Of a DNA stretch of 64,000 nucleotides, positions 47,638 to 59,144 are shown in pieces. Numbering within the stretch: the stretch's first letter is position 1; each line of letters begins with the position of its first letter. Made by a program: the position numbers and the translations under genes. Source of the stretch: Phyllobates terribilis (taxonomy: Eukaryota); NCBI RefSeq assembly GCF_046119375.1, contig NW_027362943.1, positions 806,001 through 870,000 on the forward strand, read 5' to 3'. The notes below the pieces were generated by a model. It was not told the DNA's origin, made no database searches, and saw nothing but the letters and a program-made list of their open reading frames with translations.

Positions 47638-49885
47638 GAGTTTATTTTTGACGCCGTTCCTTGTGCGGTATAAGTGATAAGACGACTTTATTCTTCAGGT
47701 CGGTGTGATTACAGCAATGTCAGAATCATATGGGGTTTTTATGACTGACAGCTGTCACACACTAAAAGACGCATTCTTTGTAAAATCTAGTTTTTGCATC
47801 GCCATATTTTGAGAGCTATAATTTTTCCAGATTTTGACAGACAGTCATGTGACGGCTTGTTTTTTGCGGGATGACTTGACGTGGTTATTGGTGCCATTTT
47901 CAGGCACGTGACATATTTTGATCGCTTTCTACTCCGATTTTTGGGAGGCAGAATAAACAAAAACCAACAATTCAGGAATTGTTTTTTTTTTTTTTTTTTT
48001 TTTTATTCTGTTCCACGTGTGGTAAAATTGATAAGGTAGCTTTATTCTTCGGGTCAGTATGTTTACAGCGGTACCACATTTGTATCATTTTTCTATGTTT
48101 TGTCGCTTATACACAATAAAAGCTATTTTATAGAAAAAAATATTTTTTAGCATCGCTTTATTCTGAGAGCTATAACTTTTATTTTTCAGCTGATAGAGCT
48201 GTATGGCGGCTTGTTTTTTTGCGGGACGAGATGACGTTTTCAGCGGTACCATTTTTATTTATATGCGTCTTTTTGATCGCGTGTTATTCCACTTTTTGTT
48301 TGGCGGTATGGTGATAAAGCATTGTTTTTTGCTTCGGGTTTTTTTTTTTTTTTTTTACCGTGTTCACTGAAGGGGTTAACTAGTGGGACAGTTTTATAGG
48401 TCAGGTTGTTCCGGACGCGGCGATACCAAATATGTGTACTTTTATTGTTTTTTTTTTTTATAATAAGATTTATTGATGGGTACATTATATTTTTATTTTT
48501 GGTGGATTATTTTTTTATTTATTTTTTATATTTTTGCAATTTTTTTTTTTTCCACTTTCAGACAGTTTATACACTTTATTACTTTGTCCCACTCTGGGAC
48601 TTTCACTTTTTTTTCTCTGATCGCCTGCATGGCACAGGAATGCAGCACCATCCCTATGCCATGCAGGCTGTCAGCGGTGCACAGTGTGAAGATTGTTTGG
48701 AGATGCACTGCGCATGTCCAAACAATCTTCCTGCTGTCTGGTGACCCGAATGTTGTCATGACGACATCAGGTCCTCATGGCAACACCCGGGAAGCCTTTG
48801 CAGACTGCGCTAGAAGCCGGAAGAGGAGGTGAGTATCGGCGATCACCTCCCCTTGCCCCCGCTCCCTGCACATAGTACCAGGTGTCAGCTGTGACAATCA
48901 GCTGACACCCGGCGGCCATCGCGCCCGCACAGCCTGTGTGCGCGCGCGATCGCCATGACGTACTAATACGGGTCTGGGTCTTAAGTCCCAGGGCACAGAC
49001 GCGTATTAGTACGTCAGATGTTGTTAAGGGGTTAATGAAAGCCTGGACTGATAGGTAAGATGGCGGTGTTGCATGGTGGGAGGTGGTAAGCCATGTCAGC
49101 ACGCCGCCAGGGATGTTACACTCCGCACTGCAGTAACTGCATTCTAGCCACTTCTATAAGGAACCATCTAGGTTGGAGATGATTATTTGAGTACCTCATT
49201 TTAGCCTCCACTGTAGGCGGCTCACTAGTGAGTTGAGTAGAGCGGAGGTGATTTTTTTACGGACCTGGCCGTAGCCTCCACTCTAGATGGTTCAGTACCA
49301 AGGTGACTACAGTGGAGTTGCTGGAGTGAGGTCCTCAAAAAATCAACTTCAAACTAAGATTGGGTGGAGATTTGCGGGGAGGGTGGTGACAGTAACGGAG
49401 CAGCCGACAGAATCATCATACTTGACATCACAAAAGTTGCATAAATTATAACAGCAGTGTTCTCCAATGCCCTTAGACATTCCTGTAACAATTTGTAACT
49501 TCTGTGTTGTACATTATGGTGACTGTTGGGGGCGCTCTTTTACGCCTCTTCCCGCGGAGCTCCGCACACGCTTCACAATGTCGGTGCTGAGGATGGGACT
49601 GTGGACTAATGGGAAGAGTCACATTGTGGCAAAACTGAACAATCAGGGGATTTTTTTTATATTACATAAAGCGACAATAAGAATGTAAGTTTCATTAATC
49701 AGGAAAAAAAGAATTTTGCCCAATTCCATAAAATATATAACAGTGTAAAAATACGTAAATTATATAACAGTGTAAAAAAAATATTTTTGACTTGTGATGT
49801 TTGCTCCATTAAAAACATGAGCAATTGCATAAAAATGCATAAGAAAAACAAGAAAAACATTAAAAAGCCAGAAGAGGCGACTACC

Positions 49886-50526
49886 TGTCTCATGCTGCAC
49901 ATAACACATCTGCATCTCTGGCTGCTGTGGGCATGAAAGGGGACAAACTTATGATATGGCCCCCATGCTCCACTGACCTCAACCCCATTGAGAACCTCTG
50001 GAGCATCATCAAAAGGAGTGTCTATGATGGCGGGAGGCAGCTCACATCTAAGCAACAGCTCTGGGAGGGTATTCTGTCCTCATGCAAAACAATTGAAGCA
50101 GAAACCATCCAAAACCTGACAAATTCAATGGACGAGAGAGTTCAGAAGCTCCTTTCGAACAAGGGGTCCTATGTGCAAATGTTACATCACCTAGAATAAA
50201 GTTTTGAGTTGAAAACTGTTTGATTTCAGTTTGTAGTAACCTGCTAATGCTTATAATTTCAAAAATGACCATTTTTTTTGTTCTTTATTAAAATGAAAAG
50301 GTTGAAAACTCTGCTGTGCATAATAATTTGGAACATGCATTTTGAGTGCCATTTGAGTGTTTTATTTTTTAAAAAATATACTGTTATCATAGGCAGTTTG
50401 TACAAAAACCTTTCAATTGTACTCTAATAGTTATTTGACTGGAAAATTACAAATGACTGCAATTCATACATGTAATTTGGGAAAATCTGAGAAAATATTA
50501 TTTGCATAATAATTTGGAACACAGTG
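49886..50526 (+). mobile_element. 3' half of a Tc1-like element, probably DD37E/TRT
   Basis: SHAAHNTSASLAAVGMKGDKLMIWPPCSTDLNPIENLW; ends TTTGCATAATAATTTGGAACACAGTG|TA. The second catalytic D is missing, so the spacing is inferred. Confidence 0.72.
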
Positions 50527-50739
50527 TAGACAGTGAGTACGAGGATCCTGGAATCAACGCCGATCTAGTGGTGTCAGTGCTGAACTGTCTACATTGGAGG
50601 GGATTACCGAGACCCTCACTCCAGCAACTCTGATCTAGTCTCCTCAGCAGTGAAGTGTCTACATCGGTGTGGCTAAAGTGAGGGCCTCAAAGAACAACTC
50701 CGATCTAGACGCAACCTTGCCTGTAGCAGTATTCAAATA

Positions 50740-52367
50740 CAGTACAGACCAAAAGTTTGGACACACCTTCTCATTTAAAGATTTTTCTGTATTTTCATGA
50801 CTTTGAAAATTGTACATTCACACTGAAGGCATCAAAACTATGAATTAACACATGTGGAATTATATACTTAACAAAAAAGTGTGAAACAACTGAAAATATG
50901 TCTTATATTCTAGGTTCTTCAAAGTAGCCACCTTTTGCTTTGATGACTGCTTTGCACACTCTTGGCATTCTCTTGATGAGCTTCAAGACGTAGTCACCGG
51001 AAATGGTTTTCACTTCACAGGTGTGCCCTGTCAGGTTTAATAAGTGGGATTTCTTGCCTTATCAATGGGGTTGGGACCATCAGTTGTGTTGTGCAGAAGT
51101 CTGGTGGATATTCAGCTGATAGTCCTACTCAATAGACTGTTAGAATTTGTATTATGGCAAGAAAAAAGCAGCTAAGTAAAGAAAAACAAGTGGCCATCAT
51201 TACTTTAAGAAATTAAGGTCAGTCAGTCCGAAAAATTGGGCAAACTTTGAAAGTGTCCCCAAGTGTAGTTGCAAAAACCATCAAGCGCTACAAAGAAACT
51301 GGCTCACATGAGGACCTCCGCAGGAAAGGAAGACCAAGGGTCACCTCTGCTTCTGAGGATAAGTTTATCCGAGTCACCAGCCTCAGAAATCGCAGGTTAA
51401 CAACAGCTCAGATTAGAGACCAGGTCAATGCCACACAGAGTTCTAGCAGCAGACACATCTCTACAACAACTGTTAAGAGGAGACTTTGTGCAGCAGGCCT
51501 TCATGGTAAAATAGCTGCTAGGAAACCACTGCTAAGGACAGGCAACAAGCAGAAGAGACTTGTTTGGGCTAAAGAACACAAGGAATGGACATCAGACCAG
51601 TGGAAATCTGTGCTTTGGTCTGATGAGTCCAAATTTGAGATCTTTGGTTCCAACCACCGTGTCTTTGTGCGACACAGAAAAGGTGAACGGATGGACTTTA
51701 CATGCCTGGTTCCGACCGTGAAGCATGGAGGAGGAGGTGTGATGGTGTGGGGGTGCTTTGCTGGTGACACTGTTGGGGATTTATTCAAAATTGAAGGCAT
51801 AACGAACCAGCATGGCTACCACAGCATCTTGCAGCAGCATGCTATTCCATCCGGTTTGCGTTTAGTTGGACCATCATTTATTTTTCAACAGGACAATGAC
51901 CCCAACACACACCTCCAGGCTGTGTAAGGGCTATTTGACCAAGCATGAGAGTGATGGGGTGCTACGCCAGATGACCTGGCCTCCACAGTCACCAGACCTG
52001 AACCCAATCGAGATGGTTTGGGGTGAGCTGGACCGCAGAGTGAAGGCAAAAGGGCCAACAAGTGCTAAGCATCTCTGGGAACTCCTTCAAGATTGTTGGA
52101 AGACCATTTCTGGTGACTACCTCTTGAAGCTCATCAAGAGAATGCCAAGAGTGTGCAAAGCAGTCATCAAAGCAAAAGGTGGCTACTTTGAAGAACCTAG
52201 AATATAAGACATATTTTCAGTTGTTTCACACTTTTTTGTTAAGTATATAATTCCACATGTGTTAATTCATAGTTTTGATGCCTTCAGTGTGAATGTACAA
52301 TTTTCAAAGTCATGAAAATACAGAAAAATCTTTAAATGAGGTGTGTCCAAACTTTTGGTCTGTACTG
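50740..52367 (+). mobile_element. Full-length Tc1/mariner DD38E (Intruder-type) transposon
   Basis: TA TSD; TIRs of about 265 bp (50740-51007 / 52103-52367); transposase 51154-52207 with a TAA at codon 21 and a +1 frameshift near 51905; D-x38-E after repair. Confidence 0.93.
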
Positions 52368-53223
52368 TACATGGGCGGCGTCAGCAGTGACTGAATGTGG
52401 TGCCGCCCATAACTGAATGTGAGAATCACACCCCTATGACTGAATGAGCAGGCAGGACAAAGTATATATAAAGTTATAAAATAATTATACTACCATCGAT
52501 TTTAATGAAAAAAGCTTGTTAGTGAAGCACATTGCATCACTAACAAAGCAATGGGGGCAGTGTACATAGCAACTAGGACGTGACAGGTTCCCTTTAAGGG
52601 GTGTAGTTTCCAAAATGGGGTAACTTGTGGGGTTTCCACGGTTTATGCATATTGGGGGCTCACCAAAAGCGAAAGGGCGTTCGCTCTCGATTTCAGACAT
52701 TTTTGCATTCAAAAAGTCAAACGGTGCTCCTTCCATTCCCAACCCTGCCGTGTACCCCACATATGAGATATCGGAGTACTCAGGAGAAATTGCACAACAA
52801 ATTTTGCGGTCCATTTTCTCCTTTTACCCTTGTGAAAATAAAAAAATTGGGGCTAAAAGTACATTTTTGTGGAAAAAATTAGATTTTTTTTATTGTCACG
52901 GCTCTACATTATAAACTTCTGTGAAGCACCTGGGGGTTCAAGGTGCTCGTCACACATAACACACATCACACACATAATGTACCAATTATGTCCTTAATGA
53001 CCAAGCCAAATTTTACAATTCTGACCAGTGTCACTTTATGTGGTAATAACTCTGGAACAACAGATCCCACTGACTCTGAGATTGTTTTTTTTCGTGACAT
53101 ATTGTGCCTCATAATAGTGGTAAAATTTCTTCGATATGACTTGCGTTTATTTTTGAAAATATCTTTCAAACTTTTAATTCATATGCCTATAAACCAGAAA
53201 CTTATGTCACACAAAATAGTTAA

Positions 53224-53737
53224 AGAAGTTGTTCACTACTTTTTAAGAGACCCCCAATGTATTAACCCAGTGATTATAAGACGTTTTGTAAATACCTTGC
53301 TGTGTCCTTCTTGCTTGGGAGCGGCGCTATCGCTGGATGCTCACAGGCATCATGTGACCCCCCACTGATGTCACGTCAAGTGAGGCGTAACATCAGTGAC
53401 GCGGTCCCCAAGGTGGATGCTGGGCTGTGGGCGCGCTTTCCCAATGAATGAGGAGAGGTGCGTGGTTGATGCTGGGTGTGACGTGCGGGGTAACCCCGCC
53501 CACAGCCCATTACTCACCGTGGATCGCAGAAGTGCGTAACCCCCAGCTGCAGCCGGCACTTGACGTGACATCAGCGGATGTCAAAGTCGGCTGCAGGTGG
53601 GGGTCACGCGATGCCTGTGAGCGGCTAGTGATAGTGCTGCTCACAGGCAAGAAGGACACAGCAAGGTATTTACAAAACATCTTAAAATCACTGGATTAAT
53701 ACATTGGGGGTCTCTTAAAAAGTAGTGGACAACTCCT
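53224..53737. mobile_element. T2/Kolobok-type MITE with long TIRs
   Basis: TTAA TSD at 53220-53223 and 53738-53741; AG(A/G)AGTTGT(T/C)CACTAC ends; inverted arms of about 130 bp. Confidence 0.85.
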
Positions 53738-54359
53738 TTAATAAATAATATTTCCTACATGTCTACTTTACATCTGCATCATTTTTAAAACATTATTTTT
53801 TTTTCTTAGGAAGTTATAAAGGAAAAAAGTTGAGAAGGATTTTTAATTTCTCCAACAAAATTTACAAAATCATTTTTTAGGGACCACATCACATTTGAAG
53901 TGACTTTGAGGGGCCTGTATGACAGAAAATACCCAAAAGTGACACCATTGTTAAAACTGCACCCCTCAAAGTACTCAAGCCACATTCAAGTAGTTTATTA
54001 ACCCTTCTGGTGCTTCTGGAAAAAATCAACATTTTACTTTTTGTCACTAAAATTTCATTTTTATTATTTTTTTATTTTTACAACGGTAACAGGAAAAATA
54101 AACCCCCAAATTTGTTGTGCAATTTCTCTTGATTACGCAGAAACCCCATATGTGGGGTAAAACTAGAATCAAGAGTGAATGCTATGTCACGTTTGGAGAA
54201 CCCCTGATGCTCCTAACAGTGGAAACCCCCCACAAGTGACACCACTTTGAAAACTAGACTCCTCAAGGATTTTATCAAGGGGTATGGTGAAAATTTTGAA
54301 CCCAGAGGTACGACACAGAATTTGATAACATTAGGTCATCATATTGAATAACTTGTCAT

Positions 54360-54670
54360 TAGTCTTGAGGGCAAGTGCTCACTACTTGAGGTTGCATCGG
54401 GTGTTCGGGTATACATCAAGCATCACAGGTGCTCGAGTGACATGCTCGATTCCCCAACCCGCATGTTTCATGGTTGTTAGACACCCAAAAAAAACATGCG
54501 GGGATTGCCCGTGCATGGCAGGCAATCCCTGCGTGTTTTTTTTGGCTGTATAACAGCTGCGAAACATATGGGGCGGAGACTCGAACATGTCACCCGAGCA
54601 CCCGCAATACTTGGTGCATACCCGAGCACCCGATGCAAACTGAAATAGAGAGCACTTGTGCTCAACACTA
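54360..54670. mobile_element. hAT MITE embedded in the TTAA element (copy 2)
   Basis: Same position and flanks (CTTGTCAT / GTCGCCAT) as the 47121 copy. Confidence 0.72.
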
Positions 54671-54806
54671 GTCGCCATTTCGTCATTATTTTTTTTTTAC
54701 TTTTGAAAAAATCCCAACCCCAACACAACCCTAACCACAACCCTAACATTAACACAACCCTAACCCTAACATAACACTAACCCAATCCTAACCCTACCCC
54801 TAAATC

Positions 54807-56068
54807 CAGGGCTGGCTCCAGGTTTTTGTGGGCCCCGGGCGAAAGAGTCTCAGTGGGCCCCTTTAACACATACCACGATTCATGATGCACAGATACCGCA
54901 GAGAAATATATATATAGTACAAGGCCAAAGATTTCACTTCTTACATTACATGAGCGATATCTATTGTTAATTCTACAATAGCTCAGAAACAGGCGAATAG
55001 CTCCATACAGAATACTGGCCCCATAAAATGCTCCATACAGGATACTGGCCCCCATGTAACGTTCCATACAGGATACTGACTAAAGCTCTATACAGGATAC
55101 TGGCCCCCATATAACGTTACATACAGGATACTGACCCCCTTATAACGCTCCATACAGGATACTGGTCCCCATATAACGCTCCATACAGAATACTGGCCCC
55201 CATATAATGCTCCATGCAGGCTGTTCCCCCCTTATAATGCCCCATGCAGGATGTCACCCCCCTTATAATGCCCCATGCAGGATGTCACCTCCCCCCCATA
55301 TAATGCCCCATGGAGGTTGTCACCTCTCCACCCATATAATGCCCCTTGCAGGATGTCACTCCCCCCCCCTTTCAATGCCCCATGCAGTATGTCGGACCAC
55401 CCCCTTCCTTATAATGCCCCATGCAGGATGTCACACACACCCCCTTCTTATAATGCCCCATGCAGGATGTCGCACGCCCCCTCCCTTATAATGCCCTCCC
55501 TTATAATGCCCCAGGCGGGATGTCACTTCCCCCCCTCCCTTATAATGCGCCATAAGGGATGTCACTTCCCCCCTCCCACCTTATAATGCCCCATGCAGGA
55601 TGTCACTCCCCCCCATATAATGCCCCATGCAGGATGTCACACCCCCCTCCCTTATAATGCCCCATGCAGGATGTCACCCCCCCATATAATGCCCCTTGCC
55701 CCCATTCATTAAAAAAAAAAAATTACTAACCTCAGGTCTCACCTGCCTGCTTCTGTTCCGGACTCCAGCGTCGCCGGCGTCTTCCCGCTCTGCGCTGTAA
55801 CTGCTCAGGAGAAAGCGCGGTAGAAAGACGTCACCGTGCCCTCTGACCTGAGAAGTCACAGTCAGAGGACACGGAAGATGCTACGGAGACACGGGGAGAG
55901 GTGATTATTGTGCCGGCTGCCGGGGCCCTGAGCAAGCGGGGGGAGTGGGCGCTGACACCGCTCTCCTCCGCTCACGGGTCCCATAGCGCGGCGGGGTGAC
56001 CTACGGTGCGTGGGCCCCTCTGCCTGCTCAGGGCCCCGGCCCTTGCCCGGGTGCTGACGCCGGCCCTG
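54807..56068. mobile_element. Non-autonomous hAT element (1262 bp) containing two minisatellites
   Basis: CAGGGC..GCCCTG ends; perfect 8-bp TSD CCTAAATC at 54799-54806 and 56069-56076; arrays of about 30 bp and about 35 bp at 55005-55700. Confidence 0.88.
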
Positions 56069-56726
56069 CCTAAATCTAATCCTAGAGTTTATTTTTTAAG
56101 CTGTGACGTATAAGTGATTATACGACTTTATTCCTTGGGTCGGTGCGATTACAGCGATACCAGATTCAGATCGGGTTTTTATGTTTGGCAGCTGTCACAC
56201 ACTAAAAGACGCTTTTTTTGCAAAGACTATTTTTTGCAATCATTTTTACATATTTCGGTCGACGGTCATGTTGACGTTTTTATTGGTACCATTTTCGGGC
56301 ACGTGACATTTTTTGATCGCTTTCTATTCCGAATTGTGGAAGACAGAATAAACAAAAACCAACAATTCAGGAATTGTTTTTTTTTTAAATGCCGTAAAAT
56401 TGATAAGGCAGCATTATTCTTTGGGTCAGTACGTTTACAATGGTACCATATTTATATATTTTTTATGTTTTGGCGCTTTTACACAATAAAAACTATTTTA
56501 TAGAAAAAAAACATTTTTTTGCATCGTTTTATTCTGATAGCTAAAACTTTTTATTTTTTGGCTGATGGAGTTGTATGGTGGCTTGTTTTTTGCGGGACAA
56601 GATGATGTTTTCAGCGGTACCATTTTTATTTACATTCGTCTTTTTGATCACGTTTATTTCCATTTTTTGTTTGGCGATATGATGATAAAGCATAGTTTTT
56701 TGCTTCGTTTTTATTTATTTTTTTTA

Positions 56727-57086
56727 CCAGTGACTTTTTCACATATCCCCTTCCCCTGCCCAAAGCCAGGGGTTTTGGCACCTTCATTTGCTAAACAGAG
56801 AAATCTGCACAGGGCATCTGCGTTTCCATGTCTTTTCCGGGGCCTGTGCTCTACATGAAAATTAAAATCTTGGGAGTGCTAGGAACCACCTAGTTACTCA
56901 GGCATTGTTCTTCTTCCTTTCCCTCATCCATCTCAGGGGTGCATGGTCTGAAACTAGCCTGAATTTTCGGTCTAACAGATAGTATCTTAGGGTCTCAATG
57001 GTCCATTTGATGGCCAGGCATTCCTTCTCTACAATGGCATAGCTCTTTTTACAAGAGGAGAGTTTCCTACTCAGGAATAGGACTGG
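56727..57086 (-). mobile_element. Older Gypsy (probable Gmr1-like): RNase H C-terminus, PPT and start of 3' LTR
   Basis: PVLFLSRKL..YAIVEKECLAIKW..SDHAPL..NADALCR, then GGGCAGGGGAAGGGGATA|TGTGA. Confidence 0.8.
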
Positions 57087-58138
57087 TGTAGCGCCGGCGT
57101 CCCTGCCCTCTGCTAGGCAGGGACGCTGTTCCCCTCACCCCTCTGCTCCGAGCCCGGCGTCCTCCTCCCGCTCTGCTGGCAGCGCGCGCTCCTTCCCGGC
57201 CACCGTGCTTAGGGCGCGCGCTCCCTCCCTCTTAAAGGGGCCGCGCACGCCGTCCTAAGGAGTCCCCGGCCAATGGCCGGAGGACTTCACCATATATAAG
57301 GCACCTCCTCCAAAATGGAGGTGCCCGAGCAATGTTGTTGCACTGTTCACTACTCTGCTTCAGCCCTCAGGTCCCGTTGCCAGTTACCTGCCAGTTTGCT
57401 GTCTGTTTCCTGCCTGACTTTCCTCCTACCTGCTTGCTAGCCTGAGGTCCGACGGTCTGCCTTCCTACTCCTGTCAGTCTGTCTATGGACCAGCTTGCCC
57501 GCTCACCTGGGAGCGCACATCTGCTACCTGCCTGCTAGCCTACCTGGAGGCTCCGCCGTCACGTGCTGTGACCACCTGCCATTCCAGAGACTCCTGCCCG
57601 CTCACCTGGGAGCACTCATCTGCTGCCTGTCTGTTGGCCTACCTGGAGGCTCCGCCGTCACGTGCTGTGACCACCTGCCATTCCAGAGACTCCTGCCCGC
57701 TCACCTGGGAGCGCTCATCTGCTGCCTGTCTGTTGGCCTACCTGGAGGCTCCGCCGTCACATGCTGTGACCACCCGTTTATCCAGAGACTCTCGCTTGCT
57801 CACCTGGGAGCACACATCTACCAGCTGCCTGCTAGCCTACCTGGAGGCTCAGCCATCACAGGTCGTACCTACCCTTTACCCAGAGACTGCCCCGGTCACT
57901 TGCCGTGACCTCCTGCCCATTCATCCAGAGACTGTCCCGGTCACTTGCCGTGACCTCCTGCCCGTTCATCAAGAGACTACCCCGGTCACTTGCCGTGACC
58001 TCCAGACCGTTCACCCAGAGACTGTCCCGGTCACCTGCTGTGACTGCCTGCCCGTCTTCCCTGGTCGCCACCCGCTCCCTTACAAGGACCGCCCCCTTGT
58101 ATAGTAGCTCAGAGGTTCCGCCTCCCAGACCCGTTACA
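57087..58138 (+). repeat. 5' LTR (1052 bp)
   Basis: TATATAA at 57293; internal tandem units of about 96 bp and about 42 bp. Confidence 0.95.
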
Positions 58139-58140
58139 GT

Positions 58141-58150
58141 TTGCTCGGGC
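58141..58150 (+). promoter_or_regulatory. Self-priming primer-binding site (TTGCTCGGGC)
   Basis: Exact complement of GCCCGAGCAA at 57323-57332, 30 nt after the TATA box; no TGG-type tRNA PBS is present. Confidence 0.72.
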
Positions 58151-58151
58151 C

Positions 58152-59102
58152 ATGGAACCCGGTGGCACCCAAGCTCCCTCACTCTCGGACCTGTGTCATG
58201 AACTGTCCCGTCAGAGGTCCCAACAGGAGTCCATCCTGGGTCACCTGCGGAATGTCAATTCTCGCCTGGACACTCTGACTGCTCCACCAGCAACCACCGC
58301 CAGTGCCATGACTCGCAATCCGGCAGCTCCGCTGCCCACCAATACTATGGTATCATACCCCGGACCCCGGCTTTCTGCACCTCCTCGCTTCGGAGGCGAC
58401 TCCGCTCAGGCTCGGGGCTTTATAAATCAGTGCACCCTGCACTTTGAACTCCTGTCCCACCAGTTTAACTCCGACCGGGCCAAAATTGCCTTCATCATGT
58501 CCCATCTCACCGGGGAGGCCCTGGCCTGGCTAAATCCTCTATGGGAGAGAGGAGACCCCCTGGTGTCCGACTTGCCTGCCTTTCTCACGGCTTTCCGGAA
58601 AGTCTTCGACGAACCTGGACGGAAGACCTCATCCGCATCATCTCTGCTACGCCTCCGTCAGGGAAGTCTCACCGTGGGCCAATATGCCATACGGTTCTGT
58701 ACCCTTGCCTCGGAGCTGGCCTGGGATAACGACGCTCTGGTATCTGTCTTCTGGGAAGGTCTGTCCGGCCGTAATAAAGATGAACTCGCCGGTCGAGACA
58801 TTCCTACCACTCTCGATGACCTAATAACTCTTGCCACCCGGATTGACCTATGGTTCCAGGAGCGTGCCAAAGAAGTCACCCGTGAGAGGAGGCTTCCACG
58901 TCTAGCTCCTACTTTTCAGAAACCCGTCACTCCCTCCGTTTCTCCCCAGGTACACTCTCCTGAGCCTATGCAGGTCGACCAGACCAAGATGGTCAAAACC
59001 CGTCAGGATTTACGCCGTGCCGAGGGGAGCTGCTTCTACTGTGGCAGTAAGGAGCACCGGATCCGTACCTGCCCGGAGAGGTCGGGAAACGCCTGTGTCT
59101 AG
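58152..59102 (+). CDS. Gag (316 aa) with CCHC knuckle
   Basis: PPRFGGDS..RGFINQCTLHFEL; CFYCGSKEHRIRTC. Confidence 0.93.
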   Translation: MEPGGTQAPSLSDLCHELSRQRSQQESILGHLRNVNSRLDTLTAPPATTASAMTRNPAAPLPTNTMVSYPGPRLSAPPRFGGDSAQARGFINQCTLHFELLSHQFNSDRAKIAFIMSHLTGEALAWLNPLWERGDPLVSDLPAFLTAFRKVFDEPGRKTSSASSLLRLRQGSLTVGQYAIRFCTLASELAWDNDALVSVFWEGLSGRNKDELAGRDIPTTLDDLITLATRIDLWFQERAKEVTRERRLPRLAPTFQKPVTPSVSPQVHSPEPMQVDQTKMVKTRQDLRRAEGSCFYCGSKEHRIRTCPERSGNACV

Positions 59103-59144
59103 GTTCGCTCAGAGAGGTCGACCTAGACAAGAATAAATCCTCTC
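59084..59144 (+). promoter_or_regulatory. -1 ribosomal frameshift signal (G GGA AAC + stem/pseudoknot)
   Basis: Heptamer is in the gag frame; 6-nt spacer; stem GTCTAGGT/ACCTAGAC; pol is open in the -1 frame from this point. Confidence 0.8.

Larger units (their letters stand above)
46396..49031. mobile_element. Large non-autonomous TTAA (piggyBac-like) element, partial
   Basis: Ends AAGGGG|TTAA; internal tandem duplication of about 380 bp (46396 vs 46778); no ORF; homologous to 52.6-56.7 kb. Confidence 0.6.
52590..56726. mobile_element. Second partial copy of the large TTAA-type non-autonomous element, with nested insertions
   Basis: Shares the blocks AGTTTCCAAAATGGGGT.., the embedded MITE, the telomere-like tract and the downstream AT-rich sequence with 46.4-49.0 kb. 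Confidence 0.6.

Noticed and set aside
57495-58201. Overlapping ORFs in the LTRs (repeated at 62779-63395)
   Set aside because: They arise from GC-rich tandem repeats lacking stops; no domain features.
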